Source of the DNA: a virus
Direction: 5' to 3' (one strand)
DNA: 64,000 nt
Virus record (IMG/VR): IMGVR_UViG_3300010160_000037
Coordinates: 1-64,000 of that record
In this document: piece by piece, positions 17,236 through 27,121 of the stretch
Layout of the letters: each line of letters starts with the position of its first letter
How positions within the stretch are numbered: the stretch's first letter is position 1
Notes under the pieces: model-generated
Told to the model about the DNA's origin: nothing
Databases searched by the model: none
Seen by the model: only the letters and a program-made list of their open reading frames with translations
Translations under genes and position numbers: made by a program

Positions 17236-18975
17236 ATGAGTTGGAAAAAATATTTTACACCAGTTTCGACAGGCAACTTTGGTCCTATAAGCGGCCAGTC
17301 AGGTGCAAGTCCTCAACGTGCAAACTACAGCAGTTACTTGCCTGATGTTTACACTGGACATCCTAATAGACTAGAGCGTTACAGTCAGTACGACACAATG
17401 GACGGCGACTCAGAAGTCAACGCCGCCTTAGACATTCTAGCAGAATTTTGCTCGCAGATCAACGAAGAAAACGGAACACCGTTTGAACTTGACTTTAAAG
17501 ATCAAGCTACTCCTACAGAAATTAAAATCCTCAAAAAGTATCTACAGCAATGGACTAAACTTAATCTATTTCAGAAGCGTATCTTTAAAGTAGTACGCAA
17601 CGTATTCAAATATGGCGACAGCTTTTTTATTCGAGACCCAGAAACACAAGCATGGGTTTATGTGGATCCTGCTAAGGTTGATCGCATTATTGTTAATGAA
17701 TCAGAAGGTAAGAAACCCGAGCAGTATGTTATCCGTGACCTAAACATTAACCTACAATCATTAACAGCAACCAGTATTAATCCAAGCAATAGTCAAAATC
17801 AAGGACACGGCGGCTCATCTTTCAGCACATCCAATGCAGGTGGTTCACGCGGTATGGTAGGTGGTGCATCTCCAAATGCTGGTAACCGTTTCCAAATGAA
17901 TCAAAATCAACATCCTGTTGATGCAAAACACGTTATTCACATTAGTCTGTCAGAAGGCCTAGACAACAACTTTCCCTTTGGAAACAGCCTATTAGAGAGC
18001 ATTTTCAAGGTATATAAGCAGAAAGAACTGCTGGAAGATGCTATTATTATCTATCGTATACAACGAGCTCCAGAACGTCGTGTATTCTACATTGACGTAG
18101 GAAACATGCCAAGCCATTTGGCTATGGGCTTTGTTGAACGTGTTAAAAACGAAATTAACCAAAGACGTATTCCTAGCTTAACAGGTGGTGGTAGTAACTT
18201 AATTGATAGTAGTTACAACCCATTATCGATTAACGAAGACTACTTCTTTCCGCAGACAGCAGAAGGTCGTGGATCAAAAGTTGATGTATTACCGGGCGGC
18301 ACTAACCTCGGTGAGATCGACGACTTACGATATTTTACAAACAAACTGTTCCGCGCCTTACGTATTCCTAGTAGCTATTTGCCTACAGGATCAGACGATG
18401 GCGGTAGCAACTTTAATGACGGCCGTGTTGGAACAGCCTACATTCAAGAACTACGTTTTAACAAATACTGCGAGCGTTTGCAGAGTTTAATGAATAGCGC
18501 ATTTGATTCAGAGTTTAAAACTTACCTGTATTCAAAAGGCATTAACATTGACCCTAATCTGTTTGATGTTACATTTAATCCCCCACAAAACTTTGCAAGT
18601 TATCGCCAAGCAGAGATGGACGGTGTACGTATCAACACATTTGGTAGCATTGTTGCTCTACCCTTTATCAGCAAACGCTATGCACTAAAACGCTTCTTAG
18701 GACTTAAACAAGAAGAGATTGCAGAAAATCAAGAGATGTGGGAAGAAGAAAATCTTGACACAACTAAACCTATTAGTGCTTCTGCAGAACTGCGCTCAGC
18801 TGGTATTACAGCAGGTGGCATGGGCGATGATATGGATGGTTTAGGACAGTCAGATCTAGGAACTCCAGAGATGCAAGGAGCAGACGGCCCAGACGGAACA
18901 GGTAATGCCTCTATGGCACCAGCCGCTGGCGCGGAAAATGCAGGTAAAGGCGGAGCCCCACAAGGACCAATGTAA
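17236..18975 (+). CDS. gp20: Portal protein
   Basis: LLEDAIIIYRIQRAPERRVFYIDVGNMP and EDYFFP...GRGSKVDVLPGG.NLGEIDD.RYF..KLFRALRIPSS. Confidence 0.96.
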   Translation: MSWKKYFTPVSTGNFGPISGQSGASPQRANYSSYLPDVYTGHPNRLERYSQYDTMDGDSEVNAALDILAEFCSQINEENGTPFELDFKDQATPTEIKILKKYLQQWTKLNLFQKRIFKVVRNVFKYGDSFFIRDPETQAWVYVDPAKVDRIIVNESEGKKPEQYVIRDLNINLQSLTATSINPSNSQNQGHGGSSFSTSNAGGSRGMVGGASPNAGNRFQMNQNQHPVDAKHVIHISLSEGLDNNFPFGNSLLESIFKVYKQKELLEDAIIIYRIQRAPERRVFYIDVGNMPSHLAMGFVERVKNEINQRRIPSLTGGGSNLIDSSYNPLSINEDYFFPQTAEGRGSKVDVLPGGTNLGEIDDLRYFTNKLFRALRIPSSYLPTGSDDGGSNFNDGRVGTAYIQELRFNKYCERLQSLMNSAFDSEFKTYLYSKGINIDPNLFDVTFNPPQNFASYRQAEMDGVRINTFGSIVALPFISKRYALKRFLGLKQEEIAENQEMWEEENLDTTKPISASAELRSAGITAGGMGDDMDGLGQSDLGTPEMQGADGPDGTGNASMAPAAGAENAGKGGAPQGPM

Positions 18976-18991
18976 TCTGGTAAATATAGAC

Positions 18992-19249
18992 ATGCTATTA
19001 AACGAATTCATTTATTTTAGTCCTGATCAAGAAGAAATGTCTGACAGAGGTCGGTACGATCCTTTAGATGATAAAACTTCAGTTCTACACGACAAAGACA
19101 CACGCAAGACTCGTTTGACACTACGCATAATAAACGATCTACGTAGAGCAAGCGAAGCTAGAGATCGTGAAACTAAAGAAAATTTAATAGTAGTACGCCA
19201 GATGTATGCGATGCCAACTGAAGAAGAAGGTGCCGCTCCGGCAATGTAA
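18992..19249 (+). CDS. Small hypothetical head-module protein (85 aa, MLLNEF...)
   Basis: ATG 18992 lies 5 nt after TAAATA (18981-18986) and avoids the long overlap with gp20; RKTRLTLRIINDLRR. Confidence 0.65.
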   Translation: MLLNEFIYFSPDQEEMSDRGRYDPLDDKTSVLHDKDTRKTRLTLRIINDLRRASEARDRETKENLIVVRQMYAMPTEEEGAAPAM

Positions 19250-19451
19250 TAAACTTATAGTTTAATTCATAGAAATACAAGTTAAATATTTTAAACAAAT
19301 TCAATACAAACTTAGGAAGATCATAACTAAGTTTCGTCACCAAATGCCAAAAAGAGTCGTTTTTGGCCTATTTCCCATAATTAATATAGGTGAGCATTAA
19401 ATATGCTTATATATTATTCACCCCTTGACAAACCAACAGGAGAAACCCGCA

Positions 19452-20381
19452 ATGAATAAATTCGAACAACTATTAGACTACATCGTAAACGAAGAAAAGG
19501 ACAAAGCTGAAGAGCTATTCCATGAGATCGTTGTAGAAAAGTCACGTGATATCTACGAAAACTTGATCGCTGAAGAAGCCGAAGAAGACGAAGATAAAGA
19601 CGAAGACAAAAAAGAAGAACAAGAAGATGACGACAGCGTAGAAGAAGCTTTTGGCATGGACGATGCTGAAGGTGGAGAAATGGGTGGCGATGCTACCGAT
19701 GATTTCAATGCTGACACAGCAGATACAGATGGCCCAGGCGCCGAAGACGGCGAAGAAGAGCCAGGCGATATTGATGGTGACGGTACTCCAGCAACTGCTG
19801 ATGATGTACAAGATCTAGCTGACGCCCTAGATGAATTAAAAGCAGAATTTGCTAAATTGATGGCGGGCGAAAAGCATGAAGAAGAAGAAGACCCAGATGT
19901 ACATGGCGGCGCACTAGACGACATGGATGCTGACGACAGCGAAGAAGACGAAGAAGACGAAGAAAGCGACGGAAATCCTTTTGAATCACGTCAACTAACA
20001 CGCGAATATCGCGAAACAGTAGCCAAGCCAAGCAATACAGAAGCTGGCGACGGAAAAGCTGGTCCGATTAATGCTAACCCAAAGAACCGTCCTAGTGGCG
20101 GCAACGTGAGCGCACATAACATTACTCAAGGCCAAACTGCAAGTGATTCAAATATCAAAGGCGGCGAAGGTCTAGTTGGTGGTATCAAAGGCAAGTTTAC
20201 AAGCCCAAATACACACAACGTTGACGGTGTTAAGTCCGGTATCAAAACAGTAACCAAGCAAGGTGCTGGTTATCCAGGTAACAACAAGACAGCAGGTCCA
20301 GTAGGATCTGGTACAGGCGACAAAGCTGGTCAAACATCAGTTGGTAGCCCTAAGTCAGTTGTTGACCACAAACAAGGTTAA
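19452..20381 (+). CDS. Acidic prohead core protein (gp67/68-like)
   Basis: Very Asp/Glu-rich; lies between portal and protease; AGGAG RBS supports ATG 19452. Confidence 0.65.
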   Translation: MNKFEQLLDYIVNEEKDKAEELFHEIVVEKSRDIYENLIAEEAEEDEDKDEDKKEEQEDDDSVEEAFGMDDAEGGEMGGDATDDFNADTADTDGPGAEDGEEEPGDIDGDGTPATADDVQDLADALDELKAEFAKLMAGEKHEEEEDPDVHGGALDDMDADDSEEDEEDEESDGNPFESRQLTREYRETVAKPSNTEAGDGKAGPINANPKNRPSGGNVSAHNITQGQTASDSNIKGGEGLVGGIKGKFTSPNTHNVDGVKSGIKTVTKQGAGYPGNNKTAGPVGSGTGDKAGQTSVGSPKSVVDHKQG

Positions 20382-20388
20382 TAAGTAG

Positions 20389-21027
20389 GTGACTACTAGG
20401 ATGCAATTTTTACGAGAACACCTTAGCTTTGACCAAGCTAATGCGGTCGTAGAGAGCGACGACAAAGACGGCAAGAGCCTTTACCTAAAAGGCATTGCTA
20501 TCCAAGGCGGTATTCGCAATCAGAACCAGCGGGTTTATCCAGTCAAGGAAATCGAAATCGCTGTAAAGACTCTCAACGATCAAATTCAGAATGGTTATAG
20601 TGTTCTTGGAGAAGTTGATCATCCAGATGACCTTAAAGTAAATTTAGACCGTGTGTCCCATATGATCACTCAAATGTGGATGGAAGGTCCGAACGGATAT
20701 GGCAAAATGAAAATTTTACCAACTCCAATGGGACAACTAATTCGTGTCATGCTCGAAAGCGGAGTAAAACTAGGTGTTAGTTCGAGAGGCAGCGGCAACG
20801 TTGACGATCGTTCTGGCAACGTGTCCGAGTTTGAGATTATCACAGTTGATATAGTTGCTCAACCAAGCGCACCTGGTGCGTACCCAACACCCGTTTATGA
20901 GCATATCATGAACGCTCGTGGCGGATATCGTGCATTACAGGTAGCTAAAGAAGTGAAAGAAGATCCTAGGGCACAGAAGCATCTCCAACAGGTGATGTTG
21001 AGTATTATCAGTGGCCTTAAAGCCTAA
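20389..21027 (+). CDS. gp21: Prohead protease
   Basis: NQNQRVYP, LGEVDHP, VSHMI, KILPTPMG, LGVSSRGSG, DIVAQPSAPGA. The start could be GTG 20389 or ATG 20401. Confidence 0.95.
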   Translation: MTTRMQFLREHLSFDQANAVVESDDKDGKSLYLKGIAIQGGIRNQNQRVYPVKEIEIAVKTLNDQIQNGYSVLGEVDHPDDLKVNLDRVSHMITQMWMEGPNGYGKMKILPTPMGQLIRVMLESGVKLGVSSRGSGNVDDRSGNVSEFEIITVDIVAQPSAPGAYPTPVYEHIMNARGGYRALQVAKEVKEDPRAQKHLQQVMLSIISGLKA

Positions 21028-21037
21028 GGAGAAATAA

Positions 21038-22135
21038 ATGGACGCATTCAAACAGTTAGTAGAGAGCGGAGTGATTAGCGAAGAAATTCGTACTGATCTA
21101 GAATCTGCCTTCAACACTAAGATTCAAGAGAATCGCGACCAAGTAACCGCTCAACTAAGAGAAGAGTTTGCCCAACGCTATACACACGATAAAGGTGTGT
21201 TAGTAGAGTCAATCGACAAATTAGTAAGCGAACGCTTAGCCGCAGAGCTAGGTGAGTTTGCGCAAGATCGCAAAGCATTGGCAGAAACCAAAGCCGAGTA
21301 CAAGCGCAGAATGACAGCTGATTCCAAAACAATGGAATCTTTTGTTATGACTCAGTTAGCCAAAGAACTTGTGGAATTTCAAAACGACCGTACAAAGGTT
21401 AGTGAGAACTTCCAAAAGATGGAACAATTCGTTATCAACGCATTGGCCAAAGAGATTTCAGAATTTGCACAAGACAAGAAAGATATAGTTGAAGCGAAAG
21501 TTAAACTTGTCCGCGAAGCCAAGAGCAAGTTTGCAGAAGTCAAGAAAGAATTCATCAAGCGTAGTGCCGATCTTGTTAAAGAGACAGTTAGTCGTCAACT
21601 AACAACTGAGTTACATCAGTTGAAAGAAGATATCGAATCTGCTCGTACAAGCAATTTTGGTCGCCGTATTTTTGAAGCATTTGCACAGGAATTTCAACAT
21701 TCGTACCTTAACGAAAAGTCTGAAACAAGTAGATTGTTAAAGATTGTAGATAAGAAAGAACAAGAAATTGCCGAAGCACAGGAAGCCGTTGCTAAAGTAC
21801 AGGCCATTGCAGAATCCAAGGATCGCGAAATCCGCGTTACGAAAGATTTAATGGAACGTGCAAAAGTAATGAGCGAACTATTAGCACCTTTAAGTGCTGA
21901 GAAGAAGGGTGTAATGAGCGAATTGTTAGAGTCTGTACAGACTGGAAAATTAGCTAATACATTCGACAAATACCTACCCGCAGTAATGGAAGGCGAAAGT
22001 CGTAAACAAAAGCAAGTTATTGCCGAAAGCAAGACACAAACTACTGTTACTGGCGATCGTGAGGTAAAAAATCAGCCTGAGGTAGGCTTTGACAACATTG
22101 TAGACATCCGCAAGTTAGCGGGTCTAGCAAAGTAA
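21038..22135 (+). CDS. gp22: Prohead core scaffold protein
   Basis: Coiled-coil, Glu/Lys-rich, GRRIFEAF motif; lies between gp21 and gp23. Confidence 0.8.
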   Translation: MDAFKQLVESGVISEEIRTDLESAFNTKIQENRDQVTAQLREEFAQRYTHDKGVLVESIDKLVSERLAAELGEFAQDRKALAETKAEYKRRMTADSKTMESFVMTQLAKELVEFQNDRTKVSENFQKMEQFVINALAKEISEFAQDKKDIVEAKVKLVREAKSKFAEVKKEFIKRSADLVKETVSRQLTTELHQLKEDIESARTSNFGRRIFEAFAQEFQHSYLNEKSETSRLLKIVDKKEQEIAEAQEAVAKVQAIAESKDREIRVTKDLMERAKVMSELLAPLSAEKKGVMSELLESVQTGKLANTFDKYLPAVMEGESRKQKQVIAESKTQTTVTGDREVKNQPEVGFDNIVDIRKLAGLAK

Positions 22136-22148
22136 AATTAAGGAGAAA

Positions 22149-23330
22149 ATGATGTCACAACTTCTGAACGAAAGATGGTCAGAAACCAAAGAAGCCCTAT
22201 TAGAAGGGTTACAAGGGAACCGTCGTGCCTCCATGCAAACATGCTTGGAAAATACACGCCGTCACCTAATTGAAAGTGCAACAGCAGGTGCTACATCTGC
22301 AGGTAACGTTGCAACACTTAACCGCGTAATCCTACCAGTGATTCGTCGTGTTATGCCTACAGTCATTGCTAACGAAATCGTTGGCGTACAACCAATGACT
22401 GGTCCAGTTGGTCAAATCCATACTCTACGTGTTCGTTACGCAGACAATGGTTCTGACGTTACAGCTGGTGAAGAAGCATTGAGCCCATTCAAAATTGCTC
22501 AAGCCTATTCAGGTAACAATGATGCATCATATCCAAAGGCGCAGACAACAGCGGCTATGGAAGGTACACCAGGTAAGCGCATGAGCATTCAAATCTTGAA
22601 GGCACCAGTCGAAGCCAAGTCACGCAAGCTATCAGCTCGTTGGACTTTCGAAGCCGCTCAAGATGCGCAAGCTCAACAAGGTATTGATATCGAAGCAGAA
22701 ATCATGGCCGCTTTAGCACAAGAAATTACTGCTGAAATCGACCAAGAAGTATTGGCTTCACTACGTAGTTTAGCAAGTGTCGAAGAAACATATGACCAGT
22801 CATTAGTTTCAGGTACAGCTACATTCGTTGGTGACGAACATGCCGCATTGGCAATTCAGATCAACCGTGTTGCTAACAAGATTGCTCAACGCACACGTCG
22901 TGGTGCTGGTAACTGGGCTGTTGTAAGTTCACAAGCACTTACAATTCTTCAGTCTGCTACAACAAGTGCTTTTGCACGTACCACAGAAGGTACATTTGAA
23001 GCTCCTACAAACACTAAGTTTGTTGGTACATTGAATGGTGCAATGCGCATTTATGTTGACGCATATCTAAGCGATACAGGTCAAGATGCAAACCAAGTTC
23101 TAATTGGTTATAAAGGTCCTAGCGAGGCAGATGCTGCCGCGTTCTATTGCCCTTATATTCCGTTGATGAGCTCTGGAGTTGTTCTAGATCCAGCAACATT
23201 TGAACCAGTAGTTGGCTTCTTAACACGCTACGGCTATGTTGAGTTGACAAATACAGCTTCATCATTGGGTAACGCCGCTGACTACCTAGGCAAAGTATCT
23301 ATTACTTCTGCCAACGTAAGCTTCAAGTAA
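22149..23330 (+). CDS. gp23: Major capsid protein
   Basis: PVIRRVMP..IA.EIVGVQPMTGPVGQI, EAKSRKLSARWTFE.AQD, EITAEID, FYCPYIPL, TRYG. Confidence 0.97.
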   Translation: MMSQLLNERWSETKEALLEGLQGNRRASMQTCLENTRRHLIESATAGATSAGNVATLNRVILPVIRRVMPTVIANEIVGVQPMTGPVGQIHTLRVRYADNGSDVTAGEEALSPFKIAQAYSGNNDASYPKAQTTAAMEGTPGKRMSIQILKAPVEAKSRKLSARWTFEAAQDAQAQQGIDIEAEIMAALAQEITAEIDQEVLASLRSLASVEETYDQSLVSGTATFVGDEHAALAIQINRVANKIAQRTRRGAGNWAVVSSQALTILQSATTSAFARTTEGTFEAPTNTKFVGTLNGAMRIYVDAYLSDTGQDANQVLIGYKGPSEADAAAFYCPYIPLMSSGVVLDPATFEPVVGFLTRYGYVELTNTASSLGNAADYLGKVSITSANVSFK

Positions 23331-23350
23331 TCCAAGGCTTTAAAGCAAAT

Positions 23351-23379
23351 AAGAAGGGCTCTTAGGAGCCCTTCTTGTT
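23351..23379 (+). terminator. Intrinsic terminator after gp23
   Basis: AAGAAGGGCTC-TTAG-GAGCCCTTCTT, an 11-bp perfect stem. Confidence 0.85.
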
Positions 23380-23387
23380 GACCACAA

Positions 23388-23393
23388 TAAATA
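23388..23393 (+). promoter_or_regulatory. Late promoter TAAATA
   Basis: ATAAATA directly after the terminator and before a structured leader. Confidence 0.65.
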
Positions 23394-23469
23394 TACTGTC
23401 CAATCCGGACTTGTTGCGGTTCCCATCCGCGCAGTGGCTAGAACCCACATACATTAAGGAGAAATTAAA

Positions 23470-24021
23470 ATGGCAAAAGGTATGAAAATTTCAAGAGCAA
23501 ATGGCCAACAAGTAGGCCAAACAATCAGTCCAATTCAGTTTACGTATGCCGCCAGCACAACATCAAGTGCTACTGTATATCGTGGCGGTACAGGCGGATA
23601 CACATCAGGCACAACAAGTCTAGTAATCTCGACAACTTATAAAACAGCCGCCGCCGTGCAGAAAACAGACGGTCAAATTGTTAGACAGCGTGGAGCCTAT
23701 CAGTTCATGTGTCAAAGTGCCGCAGATACAGATCCAACAAAACCAACACTAACTACCTGCGTATTAGTTGGCGGTTCAAGCGCACCAACATTGGCCGCAA
23801 GTCAAATGTTCATTAAAGCAGTTACTCCAACTGGCGTATTGTTTTATGCGACACGCATTACTGATCGCTTTGTATGGAATGGAACAGCACGTTATCCGTA
23901 TATTCTAGGCACATCAGCCTCAATTAACTATGCCGATTCAACATCAACAACTGGCGTTGTACTTACAAATTCTGTAGGTGGAACAGCAGACGATGTCTAT
24001 GCAATGGTATTAGGCGCTTAA
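23470..24021 (+). CDS. Probable virion structural protein (head decoration-like)
   Basis: Own late promoter, strong AAGGAG RBS and terminator; Thr/Ser/Gly/Ala-rich; follows the major capsid gene. Confidence 0.55.
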   Translation: MAKGMKISRANGQQVGQTISPIQFTYAASTTSSATVYRGGTGGYTSGTTSLVISTTYKTAAAVQKTDGQIVRQRGAYQFMCQSAADTDPTKPTLTTCVLVGGSSAPTLAASQMFIKAVTPTGVLFYATRITDRFVWNGTARYPYILGTSASINYADSTSTTGVVLTNSVGGTADDVYAMVLGA

Positions 24022-24023
24022 TT

Positions 24024-24049
24024 AAAAGGACTCTTAGGAGTCCTTTTTT
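24024..24049 (+). terminator. Intrinsic terminator
   Basis: AAAAGGACTC-TTAG-GAGTCCTTTTTT; same CTC-TTAG-GAG apex as the gp23 terminator. Confidence 0.88.
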
Positions 24050-24051
24050 GT

Positions 24052-24321
24052 ATGTTAGAAATAAAATCAAGTCTCGACTGGAATTCCGTAGAAACAGAAA
24101 TTAAACGTCTTGGTAAAATGCTACCAATGTTCCAGCACGATATTAAACGATTGTGTGATACTGTGCGTCCCGAAATCGCAAAACTAAGCAATTTAGAAGT
24201 AGATCACAGGCGAGCGCATAGCACAGCTACGCATAGATACTGCCAACAGCAAGTACAAAAAATCAACGAAACTCTAAAACTTTTTCAGAAATTCCATTTA
24301 ATGGCCTTACTTGCACAGTAG
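24052..24321 (+). CDS. Hypothetical protein
   Basis: 89-aa helical ORF filling the gap; no obvious RBS. Confidence 0.55.
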   Translation: MLEIKSSLDWNSVETEIKRLGKMLPMFQHDIKRLCDTVRPEIAKLSNLEVDHRRAHSTATHRYCQQQVQKINETLKLFQKFHLMALLAQ

Positions 24322-24333
24322 GTAAATACTGGT

Positions 24334-25008
24334 ATGCCAGAATTTTTCCATCCACGTTCAATAGTCCAATATGCAGAATATCCTGAGACGCACATCAGCT
24401 GGACTAACGATCAAAGCGATCATACAATAGTCGATAATCTAAATTATAATCTCAATAACCCAACGACTGGGTCTGGAAGTTATAATGTAATTGGCACAAC
24501 GAAACCCTTAACACATGTAGCAAACTCTACACGTGGTCCTAAATTAGACAAGACATATTACTTAAAATGCACTAATTTTAACATAGGAAATCTACCTAAC
24601 ACGATAACAGGTATAACGCTACACATTAGTAGTCAACGAAATCAAAAGATCATAGACGAAACAGTTTGTTTGATTTATGATGGTGAAATTATCAGCGATA
24701 ATAAAACAAATCTTTCAGCAGGGCACTACGGAGTTGAAGGACATATGAAGATTGAAAATGAAGCATCTTATGGAGGTCCTAAAGATTTATGGGGTGCTAC
24801 TATTACAAAAACCATGCTTCAAGATTCAAAATTTGGAGTATTGTTAAGATTTAGCAGTAATCCAATGCGTCCCCATAAAGAAGGGATGTCGATATATCAA
24901 ATCGTTCTCGAAGTAGGCCCTAACAATTATTTTGTTTTTGAAGAAAATTTTGATACCGAATTTGTTACAGAAGATGCAATAAACGAGTCAATTTTTGTCA
25001 ACGAGTAA
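24334..25008 (+). CDS. Hypothetical late/structural protein
   Basis: TAAATA at 24323-24328, 5 nt before the ATG. ITGITL...YGGPKDLWG..IT...DSKFGV suggests a beta-sandwich. Confidence 0.6.
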   Translation: MPEFFHPRSIVQYAEYPETHISWTNDQSDHTIVDNLNYNLNNPTTGSGSYNVIGTTKPLTHVANSTRGPKLDKTYYLKCTNFNIGNLPNTITGITLHISSQRNQKIIDETVCLIYDGEIISDNKTNLSAGHYGVEGHMKIENEASYGGPKDLWGATITKTMLQDSKFGVLLRFSSNPMRPHKEGMSIYQIVLEVGPNNYFVFEENFDTEFVTEDAINESIFVNE

Positions 25009-25037
25009 AAATAAATAAAGGGTAAAGGAATAATCAT

Positions 25038-26063
25038 ATGACTACAAATGTCGTTCGCGTACCGGGCAACTATATAATTCAAGCGTCACCTACTATTACG
25101 CTAGATCCTAGCGGAGGCTTAGGCCTTAATACCGGCACCGTGGTTATTACTGGTAGTCTTAATGTATTAGGAAAAACAACAACTGTTGCATCTACTAATG
25201 CAGAAATTAGAGACAACGTGTTAATTTTAAACTCAGGCGAAACTAACTCGTATGTTACATTAGGTACCTCTGGATTGATTGTTGACCGAGGTAATGGTGC
25301 AAACTTATCAAACGCCGCTACGATGCTGTTTAATGACTCAGCAGGCCTTGACGGATTTACATGGCACACTTCGGATATTTCCGGAAGAGGTATTTTTGAA
25401 TTCAAAGCCGCAGGCGGCGTAAGTGCAATACGTATAAACGCAATCCGCATAGATGAAAATTCTGCTCCTCGAGTAGGCGGTTATCCAAGATTAAATATTT
25501 TTGGCAGTGATAATTCCGGTGCTGTTATCAGTGTAGCAGGAACAGCAAACTATGAAACTCGAGTTATTGACAAAGACGATATTCCAAACAAAGCATACGT
25601 CGATATTCAAATTGCGGCTAATCAATCATCTGTTGATAACATTAGAAAAATTAAACAAGGTCCTGCAGGATCTGAAACTTATGTACAGTTAAATGACATA
25701 AGTGTAACAGGACAACCTAGTAATATCGAATTAGGTATTAATCAATTGCCCGTTGCTACGATAAGTCAAGGATCAGTAGTATTTCCAGGATTGGCATTTA
25801 CCAATCAAACTATTACAGCATTGTCTGGTAGTGGAACGGCTGACTTATACTTAGAACCAACAGGCAGTGGATCTGTTATCTTACGTAAAGCATTGCGTAT
25901 TACAAATCAAAACCTGCCTCCAATATCAAACACAAACACAACTGCGATTTACACTACAGGAATCGTAGGACCAGGTGGCACAGGAATCTATTACTTAAAT
26001 AGTCTAGCATCGGGCGAATTCATATCTCGTAAACGTGCTATTATTTACGGATTAATATTTTAA
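25038..26063 (+). CDS. Virion structural / fibre-associated protein
   Basis: TAAATA at 25012-25017; ITGSLNVLG...DNVLILNSGE...GLIVDRG module resembles modules in the downstream fibres. Confidence 0.6.
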   Translation: MTTNVVRVPGNYIIQASPTITLDPSGGLGLNTGTVVITGSLNVLGKTTTVASTNAEIRDNVLILNSGETNSYVTLGTSGLIVDRGNGANLSNAATMLFNDSAGLDGFTWHTSDISGRGIFEFKAAGGVSAIRINAIRIDENSAPRVGGYPRLNIFGSDNSGAVISVAGTANYETRVIDKDDIPNKAYVDIQIAANQSSVDNIRKIKQGPAGSETYVQLNDISVTGQPSNIELGINQLPVATISQGSVVFPGLAFTNQTITALSGSGTADLYLEPTGSGSVILRKALRITNQNLPPISNTNTTAIYTTGIVGPGGTGIYYLNSLASGEFISRKRAIIYGLIF

Positions 26064-26072
26064 GGACAGGAC

Positions 26073-26402
26073 ATGGCAATAACAAGCAAACAAATAACAG
26101 TAGCGGGAAACCCTCCAACACAGGTATATCAATCAAGTGGTCAAAATGCAATCACTACTATGATTATCTGCAACACTTCAACAATCGTTAACACATTGAT
26201 TGATATATATGTAGTATCAGCAGTAAGTGGATTTGCTGTTGGCCCGCAGACTCAAATTATCAATCAAGTACCAGTTCCTGCTACAGAATCATTTGTAATG
26301 GATACTGAAAAATTTATCTTAGAAGATCAGGATATCATCAGCGTTAGATCAACTGCCGCTGGAGCAATTACTGTGACAATAAGTAGTGTGAGTACAGCCT
26401 AA
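26073..26402 (+). CDS. Small structural protein (paralog of 37067-37453)
   Basis: VYQS...AITTMIICN...VPATESF...KFILEDQD.I pattern shared with 37067. Confidence 0.6.
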   Translation: MAITSKQITVAGNPPTQVYQSSGQNAITTMIICNTSTIVNTLIDIYVVSAVSGFAVGPQTQIINQVPVPATESFVMDTEKFILEDQDIISVRSTAAGAITVTISSVSTA

Positions 26403-27118
26403 TGAAATTCGTTAAACGTCTAGTCTTAAACAAATATCGTCCAGCAAGTCAAAATTTTGTCGTCGAAATTGATGGCAAAGTAGTCACCGATTCTAGCGCA
26501 GAATTGCAACTACCTTCTGGATCCACAGCTCAGCGAGCAGAGACTTTTAACAACGGCCAGATTAGATACAATAAAGATTTCAATGAAATTGAAGCATATA
26601 TAAACGGTACTTGGGAGTTTTTAAGAACTCGCAGACAAGGCAATGTACAATTCCAAACAGTTGGAATAGGCAACTATGTAGACTCAATATATGGTCCGTT
26701 AAGTACTAGAATTGATCCAACTAAGCCTCAAAATGTAATGTTGTATGTTGAAAATGTATTTCAAGTTCCTACAGTAAATTATACATTGGTAAACGACTTT
26801 GTGCAGACAAAGGCCACAGTCGGTGTAACAAATCCAGGAGTTACAAACATTACTCTTGTTGATAAAATTGACATACAAGTGGGGTCAGCAGTGGGCGGCG
26901 ATGTAGGTATTGCCCCAGGAACAACGGTTCTTAGTGTAAGCACAAATACCAACGCAGTACGCATTAGTTCTGCTACACTTGGTATTGTTAATGCTGGAGC
27001 ATTTTTAACATTTAATTTTTCAACAGGAACTTATGCTGTATTTTCTAGTCCTGTACCAGCTAAGCCTGTATATGCTCTCATTGGTTTCGATGGCTTCTAT
27101 CCTCCTTTTAATACTTAA
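26402..27118 (+). CDS. Structural protein (fibre/baseplate-associated)
   Basis: LQLPSGSTAQR...GQIRYN...EAY..GTW fibre motif and VYVENVFQVP..NY-type motif. Confidence 0.6.
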   Translation: MKFVKRLVLNKYRPASQNFVVEIDGKVVTDSSAELQLPSGSTAQRAETFNNGQIRYNKDFNEIEAYINGTWEFLRTRRQGNVQFQTVGIGNYVDSIYGPLSTRIDPTKPQNVMLYVENVFQVPTVNYTLVNDFVQTKATVGVTNPGVTNITLVDKIDIQVGSAVGGDVGIAPGTTVLSVSTNTNAVRISSATLGIVNAGAFLTFNFSTGTYAVFSSPVPAKPVYALIGFDGFYPPFNT

Positions 27119-27121
27119 TGG

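Noticed and set aside
18905-19451. ORF-track starts at 18905 and 19425 (also 12880)
   Set aside because: Promoter and RBS positions favour ATG 18992, 19452 and 12898.
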